Below, one piece after another: positions 1 through 6,387 of a stretch of DNA of 40,171 nucleotides; position 1 is the first letter of the stretch, and the number at the start of each line of letters is the position of its first letter. The position numbers and the translations under genes are program-made. Origin of the DNA: Anaerolineae bacterium (GTDB taxonomy: Bacteria > Chloroflexota > Anaerolineae > JBHIDP01). The stretch spans positions 1-40,171 of the forward strand of contig JBHIDP010000001.1 of assembly GCA_046760185.1 (NCBI GenBank), in the 5' to 3' direction. The notes under the pieces were generated by a model. It saw only the letters and a list, made by a program, of their open reading frames with translations. It was not told where the DNA came from and made no database searches.

Positions 1-1
1 A

Positions 2-1183
2 ATGAAACACGGTGATAGATTAATCTATATGGACCACGCCGGTACTACACCATTGCATCCCCAGGCTCTGGAGGCGATGATGCCCTACCTCACCAGGGAG
101 TTCGGTAACCCCTTGAGCATCTACGAGTTGGGACAGCGCGCACAGGAGGCGCGGGAGAGCGCACGCCAGAAGGTGGCCGACCTCCTGGGAGCCAGACCAC
201 GGGAGATCGTATTCACCGGTTCCGGGACCGAGAGTTGCAACCTGGCCCTTCGGGGTGTGGCCTTCGCCTCCCGGAGCAGGGGGAACCACATCATCACCAG
301 TGCCATCGAACACGATGCCGTGCGCAAGACCGGTGAGCAGTTGGCCAAACGCCATGACTTCGAGGTCACGTACGTACCGGTAGATCAGTACGGTCTGGTT
401 GATCCGGCCGAGGTGGAGCGGGCCATCACCGATCAGACCATCCTCATCAGCATCATGTATGCCAACCACGAGGTAGGCACCATCGAGCCTGTGGCCGAGA
501 TCGGCGCTTTGGCTAGGGAGAGGGGTATCCGGTTCCACAGCGACGCCTGTCAGGCAGCCAACTTTCTCAACCTGGACGTCAATGAGCTGAAGGTGGACCT
601 CCTGTCTCTGTCCGGCCACAAGTTCTACGGCCCCAAAGGGTCGGGGGTCCTCTACGTGAGACGGGGCACGCGGCTGGAGCCTCAGATGACGGGGGGCGGC
701 CATGAACACAGAATGCGTTCGGGCACTGAGGCTATCCACCAGATTGTGGGCTTAGCCACAGCTCTGGAGATTGCCCGGGCCGGTCGGGAGGAGAACGGAC
801 GTCGCCTGGCGGCATTGCGGGACAAATTGATCGAACACCTGACGGAAAAGATCCCGTACACTCACCTGACCGGCCATCCCACTCAACGGCTGCCCAATGT
901 TGCCAGCTTTTGCTTCGAGTTTATCGAAGGGGAAGGGATCCTGCTCCGTCTGGACCTGTTGGGTGTGGCTGGCTCCAGTGGCTCGGCCTGCACTTCAGCA
1001 ACTCTGGAGCCCTCCCATATTCTGAGAGCGATGGGCATCCCTGTCGAGATAGCCCACGGCTCCTTGCGCCTCAGTCTGGGACCGGAGCACACCGAAGAGG
1101 ATGTAGATTACGTTATCGAGGTGCTGCCAGGGATCGTTGAGGTGTTGCGCTCTATGTCTCCCATCTACGAGGGGAAGCAGTGA
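2..1183 (+). CDS. nifS: Cysteine desulfurase, class V aminotransferase (NifS/IscS family)
   Basis: 393-aa ORF. N-terminal IYMDHAGTTP, PLP-lysine region SGHKFYGPKG and catalytic-Cys loop GSSGSACTS are all typical of NifS/IscS. Confidence 0.9.
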   Translation: MKHGDRLIYMDHAGTTPLHPQALEAMMPYLTREFGNPLSIYELGQRAQEARESARQKVADLLGARPREIVFTGSGTESCNLALRGVAFASRSRGNHIITSAIEHDAVRKTGEQLAKRHDFEVTYVPVDQYGLVDPAEVERAITDQTILISIMYANHEVGTIEPVAEIGALARERGIRFHSDACQAANFLNLDVNELKVDLLSLSGHKFYGPKGSGVLYVRRGTRLEPQMTGGGHEHRMRSGTEAIHQIVGLATALEIARAGREENGRRLAALRDKLIEHLTEKIPYTHLTGHPTQRLPNVASFCFEFIEGEGILLRLDLLGVAGSSGSACTSATLEPSHILRAMGIPVEIAHGSLRLSLGPEHTEEDVDYVIEVLPGIVEVLRSMSPIYEGKQ

Positions 1184-1184
1184 C

Positions 1185-1536
1185 CTGAGTAAAGTGTAGA
1201 GGATTGTTGTTGACAGTGCTTACGCGGTGGAGAGCCAAACCGTTGGTCGAGCGGTGTCCTGAGCCCTTCGACTGCGCTCAGGACAAGCAAGTCGAAGGGT
1301 AGGCCGGAGGCCGTATGCTTCGACAAGCTCAGCACGCCGTCGAGACCAGGTTGGGCAGCCCCAATGCGGTTCTTGGTCTCGGTTTCGACAAGGTTTCGAC
1401 AGGCTCAACCCAACGGCTCACCCCGGCGGATACGACCCTTCCACTGCGCCCTTCGATACGCCTTCGGCTACTCAGGACGAGCTCCAGGGTCTACTCGACC
1501 GGCGAACCGCGTAAGTCCTGTTATGGAGAGCGGTGA
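1185..1536. repeat. Cluster of REP-like imperfect palindromic hairpin repeats filling the nifS-mvaD intergenic region
   Basis: Four related motifs recur: cccttcgactgcgctcaggacaagc, cttcgacaagctcagcacgcc, tttcgacaaggtttcgacaggctcaac and cccttcgatacgccttcggctactcaggacgagc. There is a perfect 9-bp inverted repeat, cccttcgac (1265-1273) with gtcgaaggg (1291-1299), and a nested stem gagaccagg/cttggtctc around ttgggcagccccaa. Confidence 0.7.
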
Positions 1537-2532
1537 ATGGTGAAGGCGACGGCTGAGGCCGGGGCTAACATCGCCCTGGTCAAGTATTGGGGAAACCGGG
1601 GTGGGGAGCTCAACCTCCCTTTGAATAACAGCATCTCCTTGACCCTGGACAAATTGCGGGTCAGAACGACGGTTGATTTCAGGCCCGATTTTGTCGAGGA
1701 TGTGGTCGTCATCAACGGGGAAACGATCGAAGGTCAGGCCAGGAGGAGAATTGTAGCTCACCTGGATCGGGTGAGAGACCTGGCCGGCGTGGGGCTCAAA
1801 GCCAGGGTGGAATCGTCCAGCACTTTCCCCGCCGGAGCCGGTCTGGCTTCCTCCGCCTCGGGTTTTGCTGCACTGACCCTGGCCGCTACGGCAGCCCTGG
1901 GGATGGAGCTGAGCGATAGGGAGCTCAGCACTTTGGCCCGCCTTGGCTCCGGTTCGGCCTCACGCTCGGTGTTGGGAGGTTACGCGGAGTGGATCGCTGG
2001 CGAGGACCATGAAACTTCGTACGCTATCTCCCTAGCCTCTGCCGAGCATTGGGATTTAAAGGACGTGGTGGTAATAGTAGCTGAAGGGCACAAGGAAGTG
2101 ACTTCTGCTCAGGGGCACCGCCTGGCGGCCACCAGCCCCTTTTTGCAGGCCAGGCTGGCTGAGCTGACCGAGGTTATCCCTAAGGTGCGTCAGGCCATTC
2201 TGGAGAGGGACCTGGCCACCCTGGGCCCTCTTATCGAACACGAGGCCCTTTCCATGCATGCGGTGATGATGACCTCGCGCCCGAGCTTGATCTACTGGTG
2301 GCCTGAGACGGTGAGGGTAATGCAGGAAGTACGGCAATGGCGGGAAGAGGGGCTTGAGGTCTATTTCACCATTGACGCCGGGCCGAACCTGCACTTGATG
2401 GTCGAGCCGGGGCAGATGGAGGGGTTGACAGCAAAGTTGGCAGAGGTGGAGGGGGTGAAGAGGTGCATTGTCTGCGGGCCGGGGGAGGGGGTCAGGTTAG
2501 TGGTTGATCAGGGCCCCACTAAAAGAGCATAG
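1537..2532 (+). CDS. mvaD: Mevalonate-pathway decarboxylase (diphosphomevalonate or phosphomevalonate decarboxylase, GHMP kinase fold)
   Basis: 331 aa. N-terminal ANIALVKYWGNR signature and GHMP phosphate-binding loop PAGAGLASSASGFAAL. GGAGAG Shine-Dalgarno 7 nt upstream of the ATG. Confidence 0.88.
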   Translation: MVKATAEAGANIALVKYWGNRGGELNLPLNNSISLTLDKLRVRTTVDFRPDFVEDVVVINGETIEGQARRRIVAHLDRVRDLAGVGLKARVESSSTFPAGAGLASSASGFAALTLAATAALGMELSDRELSTLARLGSGSASRSVLGGYAEWIAGEDHETSYAISLASAEHWDLKDVVVIVAEGHKEVTSAQGHRLAATSPFLQARLAELTEVIPKVRQAILERDLATLGPLIEHEALSMHAVMMTSRPSLIYWWPETVRVMQEVRQWREEGLEVYFTIDAGPNLHLMVEPGQMEGLTAKLAEVEGVKRCIVCGPGEGVRLVVDQGPTKRA

Positions 2533-3149
2533 ACACAACTCGGGTCCCCTTCGCTGACGCTGGCCCTTCGCTTCAGGGACTTCCCCAGCAATTCTTGCAG
2601 GAGGATTTGATCGAGTTCGCATATTTCAGGATGTTGGTGGGCTACGTAGCGGTAGGGACAGTTGTAGACACGCAGAATGTAACCAATCTTGCCTTCCTCC
2701 GGTTGGATCAGGTAGCCTTCCTTCGCTAGGTGCTCGATTACTTGGGAAACCCTTTCCTTCGGATCATTCCCCCTTATCTCAGGCCCTAAAGTGTCGGCCA
2801 ACTCTTTACCTATGTCCTGCAAGATGCTTCGAACTTTCTCCTCGCCCTCCAGTTCCTTGACCTTGGCCAGGAGGCGGCTGGCCAGCAGGTGGTAGCTTTT
2901 AGGGAATAGTTCGTTTCCCTTCTCAGTCATGGAGAAGACGAGATAGGGACGACCTACTTTGCCACGCACTTTACGGGAGGTGATGAATCCCTCCCCCTCC
3001 AGTAGGGCCACATGGTGCCGGATGGTGATCGGTTTCAACTGCAGGGCCTTGGCCAACTGATCAATGGTCGCTTGGCCTTGAACTTTGATTGTCTCCAGAA
3101 TCTGTTGGCGGGATTCTTGCACAGCAGACCACTCCTTTCTCCATATCAT
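2508..3149 (-). CDS. sufR: SufR-like winged-helix (ArsR/DeoR-type) transcriptional regulator with a C-terminal Cys triad
   Basis: N-terminal wHTH (ILETIKVQGQATIDQLAKALQLKPITIRHHVALLEGEGFI) and C-terminal C-X12-C-X27-C (CPYRYVAHQHPEIC...PSC). I chose the start at ATG 3149 because a TTGACC-17-TGGTATAAT promoter lies just upstream; the ORF track's longer start at 3191 falls inside that promoter. Confidence 0.7.
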   Translation of the reverse strand: MIWRKEWSAVQESRQQILETIKVQGQATIDQLAKALQLKPITIRHHVALLEGEGFITSRKVRGKVGRPYLVFSMTEKGNELFPKSYHLLASRLLAKVKELEGEEKVRSILQDIGKELADTLGPEIRGNDPKERVSQVIEHLAKEGYLIQPEEGKIGYILRVYNCPYRYVAHQHPEICELDQILLQELLGKSLKRRASVSEGDPSCVYALLVGP

Positions 3150-3162
3150 CGCTCCCGTGCTG

Positions 3163-3191
3163 ATTATACCAGTAAGTGGGAGAAGGGTCAA
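3163..3191 (-). promoter_or_regulatory. Sigma-70-type promoter for the SufR-like gene
   Basis: On the minus strand: TTGACC (3191-3186), 17-bp spacer, extended -10 TGgTATAAT (3171-3163). ATG 3149 lies about 7 nt beyond the predicted transcription start. Confidence 0.55.
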
Positions 3192-3199
3192 TTAGCTAT

Positions 3200-3225
3200 A
3201 TATCTATAATGTTTATGATACATAT
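3200..3225. promoter_or_regulatory. AT-rich imperfect inverted repeat, candidate operator between divergent promoters
   Basis: ATATCTAT (3200-3207), 10-nt spacer, ATACATAT (3218-3225). The arms are complementary at 7 of 8 positions. It lies between the sufR-like and iscX promoters. Confidence 0.3.
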
Positions 3226-3274
3226 TTGGTAATTGCTGGGAAGGTAGTAAAACTCTTTTGGATGCTATCTCATT

Positions 3275-3304
3275 TTGCCTTTTTGAGCCAGGCTGGTGTA
3301 AAAT
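3275..3304 (+). promoter_or_regulatory. Candidate promoter for iscX-nuoI
   Basis: TTGCCT (3275-3280), 18-bp spacer, TAAAAT (3299-3304). The same TTGCCT -35 recurs at 15000 and 19807. Confidence 0.4.
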
Positions 3305-3359
3305 AGGAGAGGCCAGATTCCGCTCTTGTTTGCGTGATGCGGAGGAAGCAGGGATTGAA

Positions 3360-3566
3360 ATGGATCTTTATTGGGATGATGCCTACCAGATAGCCAGGGA
3401 GCTGATGAAGGCTCACCCTGATGTGGATCCCCTCAGTCTCAACTTCGTCACCCTCCATAAGTGGATAACCGCATTGCCCGATTTTGCGGATGATCCTCAG
3501 GCTTCTACTGAGGGCAGGTTGGAGGCCATCCAGATGGAATGGTATGAGGAGTGCCAGGCCCAATAA
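3360..3566 (+). CDS. iscX: Fe-S cluster assembly protein IscX (YfhJ family)
   Basis: The 68-aa product [64 protein letters not shown] aligns along its full length with E. coli IscX as I recall it (..YPDLDP..MHQWI..DFDDDPQASNEKILEAI..). GGAGGA Shine-Dalgarno upstream of ATG 3360. The ORF track's longer TTG start at 3258 is unlikely. Confidence 0.85.
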   Translation: MDLYWDDAYQIARELMKAHPDVDPLSLNFVTLHKWITALPDFADDPQASTEGRLEAIQMEWYEECQAQ

Positions 3567-3585
3567 TGTCAGGGAGGCGTTTACC

Positions 3586-4023
3586 ATGATCAACGGGTTG
3601 GTGAAGGCGCTGGCGGTAACTTTCAAACATCTGTGGCGCAAACCGGTGACCATCCAGTATCCAGAGGAGCGCAAAGAGTTGCCCCACCGCTCCCGGGGCC
3701 GTCACATGCTGTTGCGTCACGAGAACGGCCTGGAGCGATGCATAGGTTGTGCTCTCTGTGCCGCCGCTTGTCCGGCCGGTGCTATCTACGTGGAAGCGGC
3801 TGAGAATACTGAGGAGGAGCGCCATTCACCGGGTGAGCGCTACGCCAGGGTCTATGAGATCAACATGATCCGTTGCATATTCTGTGGGTTTTGTGAAGAG
3901 GCCTGTCCCGTTGATTCCGTAGTCTTGGGCAAGGATTTTGAGCTGGCAGGCTACGATCGGGCCAGCATGATCTATACCAAGGAGATGCTCATGGTGCCCT
4001 TGCCCAGGGGGGATGAAGCGTAG
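3586..4023 (+). CDS. nuoI: NADH-quinone oxidoreductase subunit I-type 2x[4Fe-4S] protein, with no other nuo gene in the window
   Basis: 145 aa from ATG 3586, with AGGGAGG Shine-Dalgarno. TIQYPEE...RGRHML motif and two CxxCxxCxxxCP motifs ([24 protein letters not shown]). Confidence 0.85.
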   Translation: MINGLVKALAVTFKHLWRKPVTIQYPEERKELPHRSRGRHMLLRHENGLERCIGCALCAAACPAGAIYVEAAENTEEERHSPGERYARVYEINMIRCIFCGFCEEACPVDSVVLGKDFELAGYDRASMIYTKEMLMVPLPRGDEA

Positions 4024-4081
4024 AGGAATAAGGATGGCAGGTAGGTTGAAGTAAAAAGCAGGAGTTGGAAAGGGTGCAGCT

Positions 4082-4199
4082 AAAATGACTTGGAGTCGAG
4101 GCTTTCCCTGGCACCTGTGCGCCAGGACAGGTGAGCCGGTCTTTTCCGCCTGAAGGCTCCACTCCCCAAGTTGTTTTAGCCAGACCCAATTGGAAAATC
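4082..4199 (+). repeat. Diverged copy of the 97-bp hairpin repeat unit seen at 39224-39429, carrying an internal insertion
   Basis: ttggagtcgaggctt...agccggtcttttccgcctgaaggctccactcc...ttttagccagac matches the 39.2-kb unit. An extra 29 nt (tccctggcacctgtgcgccaggacaggtg, itself a cctggc/gccagg hairpin) sits in the loop. Confidence 0.8.
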
Positions 4200-4215
4200 G
4201 GGAGTTTGAAGGCAG

Positions 4216-4241
4216 AATCCTGGCGTGCCCAGGATTTTGTT
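4216..4241 (+). terminator. Rho-independent terminator candidate after nuoI
   Basis: 8-bp stem aatcctgg/ccaggatt with loop cgtgc, followed by ttgtt. Confidence 0.5.
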
Positions 4242-4252
4242 GCGATAGGGTC

Positions 4253-4281
4253 TTGAAAAAGGGAAATGGCGGTGGTATAAT
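4253..4281 (+). promoter_or_regulatory. Sigma-70-type promoter for lpdA
   Basis: TTGAAA (4253-4258), 17-bp spacer, extended -10 TGgTATAAT (4273-4281). Confidence 0.6.
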
Positions 4282-4328
4282 GAGGCCGCCTTTCCCTGAC
4301 AAGGATAGACTGACAGGGGGATAGAACT

Positions 4329-5714
4329 ATGGATAACTACGATCTGGTGATCGTGGGAGGGGGGCCAGGTGGTTACGTCGCGGCCATTCGGGCCGCCCAA
4401 TTGGGATTAGAGACCGCCCTCGTAGAAAAGGATAAGGTAGGGGGTGTCTGCCTGAATTGGGGTTGCATACCGACCAAATCCCTTCTCAGAAATGCCGAGG
4501 TATTGTCCCTCCTCCGGCGTAGCCACCAATTTGGTATCACCGTTGACAAACTAGAATACGACTTTGGTCAGGCTGTAGATCGCAGCCGCCGGGTGTCTGG
4601 CCGCCTGGTCAAAGGGATCCAGTTTCTCCTGAAGAAGAACAAGGTTGATTTGGTCGAAGGGGAGGGGTACTTGACCGCCGAGGATCAGATAGAGGTGCGA
4701 CCTGACGGTCAGAAATTGAAGGCCAAGAACGTGATCCTGGCCACCGGAGCCAGGCCCAGGAGCCTGCCGGGGCTGGAGATTGACGGTGAGCAGGTTCTTA
4801 CCTCCCGCCAAGCCCTTGAGTTGAAGGAGGTTCCTTCTTCTATCATCATCGTTGGGGGCGGTCCCATCGGGCTGGAATTCGCCTACATCTATCAAACCTA
4901 CGGGAGCCAGGTCACTGTGGTCGAGATGCTCCCTCATTTGCTACCTCTTGAGGATGTAGAGATAAGTGAGTTGCTGGAGAAGGCCGTGGCCAAACAAGGG
5001 ATGGAGGTCCTGACCAACACCAGGGTAGAAGAGATCAAGAGGGAAAAGGATAAGGTCACAGTCATCGTCTCCTCTGATGATGAGGGAGAGAGAAAGATCG
5101 AGGGAGAGAAGGTATTAGTGGCTATCGGGGTGCAGCCCAACAGCGAGAACCTGGGGCTGGAGAGCCTGGGGGTGGCTGTGGAAAGAGGGTATATCGCCAT
5201 TGACGACAGGATGGCGACCAATGTGCCGGGCCTTTACGCCATTGGTGACGTTACCGGTAAAATGCCCCTGGCCCATGTAGCTTCAGCACAGGGGGTTGTG
5301 GTGGTCGAGGCTATGGTCGGGAGAGAAACGGGTAGCCTGGTATACGAGAACATGCCTCGTTGCACCTACTGTCAGCCGCAGGTGGCCAGTCTGGGTTTGA
5401 CCGAAGCTCAGGCAAAAGAGAGAGGGTATGAGGTCAAGATCGGCCGCTTCCCTTTCCGCGCCAATGGCAAAGCTCTGGCTTTGGCGGACTACGAAGGGAT
5501 GGTCAAGATTGTGGCTGACGCTGAGTACGGGGAGATCCTGGGGGCGCACCTCATCGGTCCCGAGGTAACCGACATGATCGCTGAGGTGGGCTTGGCCAAG
5601 ACTTTGGAGGCAACGCCTTTGGAGATCGGACGTACCGTCCATGCTCATCCGACCCTGTCTGAGGCCCTGATGGAGGCTGCTCTGGCGGCTGAGGGGGAGG
5701 CGATCCACATTTAG
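4329..5714 (+). CDS. lpdA: Dihydrolipoyl dehydrogenase (E3 component)
   Basis: 461 aa. FAD-binding GGGPGGYVAAIRAAQLG, redox disulfide CLNWGCIPTK, NAD site GGGPIGLEFA and C-terminal HAHPTLSE motif. Confidence 0.92.
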   Translation: MDNYDLVIVGGGPGGYVAAIRAAQLGLETALVEKDKVGGVCLNWGCIPTKSLLRNAEVLSLLRRSHQFGITVDKLEYDFGQAVDRSRRVSGRLVKGIQFLLKKNKVDLVEGEGYLTAEDQIEVRPDGQKLKAKNVILATGARPRSLPGLEIDGEQVLTSRQALELKEVPSSIIIVGGGPIGLEFAYIYQTYGSQVTVVEMLPHLLPLEDVEISELLEKAVAKQGMEVLTNTRVEEIKREKDKVTVIVSSDDEGERKIEGEKVLVAIGVQPNSENLGLESLGVAVERGYIAIDDRMATNVPGLYAIGDVTGKMPLAHVASAQGVVVVEAMVGRETGSLVYENMPRCTYCQPQVASLGLTEAQAKERGYEVKIGRFPFRANGKALALADYEGMVKIVADAEYGEILGAHLIGPEVTDMIAEVGLAKTLEATPLEIGRTVHAHPTLSEALMEAALAAEGEAIHI

Positions 5715-5825
5715 CACTCGTGCAGAAATAGTATCTCTACACTTCGTCAGGCTCAGTACAAGTTGCGTCCTGACTTTGCCCTTGTAAATGGGATCCAAAG
5801 CGAGAAGTTGTTATTGCACGAGTAC
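5714..5825 (+). mobile_element. MITE-like non-coding element with 11-nt terminal inverted repeats (copy A, with a nested hairpin insertion)
   Basis: Left end gcactcgtgca (5714-5724) and right end tgcacgagtac (5815-5825) are inverted repeats matching at 10 of 11 positions. The body is about 88% identical to the reverse complement of 16461-16543. A block of about 36 nt (cacttcgtcaggctcagtacaagttgcgtcctgac) is present only in this copy. Confidence 0.7.
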
Positions 5826-5983
5826 TTAGATGACTAGTCTCCTGGGTCTTTGAGGAGGTGATGTGTAGCAGGGGCATCTCAAGCGGGCAGAACCGCGTTC
5901 AATTCCAAATTGGAGAGCTGGGCACCCGGTGTCCAGCGCTCTTACCCCACTTGTCAGATACAACTCACAAGGAGGATAACAAG

Positions 5984-6223
5984 ATGGCTGCATTCGTGAT
6001 CTGCGAGCCATGTATAGATGTCAAGGATAAATCCTGTGTGGAGGTTTGCCCGGTAGACTGCATCTATGAGGGGGAGGACATGTTTTACATCAATCCCGAA
6101 GAATGCATTGAGTGCGGGGCCTGTGAACCGGTATGTCCAGTAGAGGCCATTTTCGAGGCTGATGCTGTGCCTCCCGAATGGGAGAGTTTCATCAAGAAGA
6201 ATGCTGATTTCTTCAAAAAGTAG
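5984..6223 (+). CDS. fdxA: 7Fe-type ferredoxin ([3Fe-4S][4Fe-4S], FdxA-like)
   Basis: 79 aa from ATG 5984, with AAGGAGGA Shine-Dalgarno. AFVICEPCIDVKDKSCVEVCPVDCIYEG...ECIECGACEPVCPVEAIF matches the actinobacterial/Thermus FdxA pattern. Confidence 0.88.
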   Translation: MAAFVICEPCIDVKDKSCVEVCPVDCIYEGEDMFYINPEECIECGACEPVCPVEAIFEADAVPPEWESFIKKNADFFKK

Positions 6224-6387
6224 CGCTCTCCCGTGGTGCTGAACCGACCGATGGAAAGTGGACAGCGAGGAGGGTAGAGGGAGGGATTTCCTTCCTTGGG
6301 CCCTCCTTTTGCTGCCAGAAGTAATAGAAAAGATGTGCCATTTTGGCTGCCATATACAAAAGTTGTGCTATGCTTCAGGAGGCCGTA

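Noticed and set aside
1220-1536. ORFs 1220-1408 (minus strand), 1315-1536 (plus strand) and 1468-1761 (minus strand) as small proteins
   Set aside because: They run through the REP-like hairpin cluster and their peptides (LSLSKP, ERSRRAQD, LRQAQHAV) are translations of the repeats. One also overlaps the well-supported mvaD start.
3826-4400. Minus-strand ORFs 3826-4302, 3989-4189 and 4176-4400 across the nuoI-lpdA spacer
   Set aside because: They overlap the nuoI 3' end, the hairpin repeat, the terminator and the lpdA promoter. Their peptides are repeat translations without a Shine-Dalgarno or recognisable motifs.
5885-5915. tRNA-like T-arm string (gcgttcaattcc) upstream of the ferredoxin gene
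   Set aside because: No acceptor stem, D-arm or anticodon arm can be folded around it. It is an isolated resemblance.
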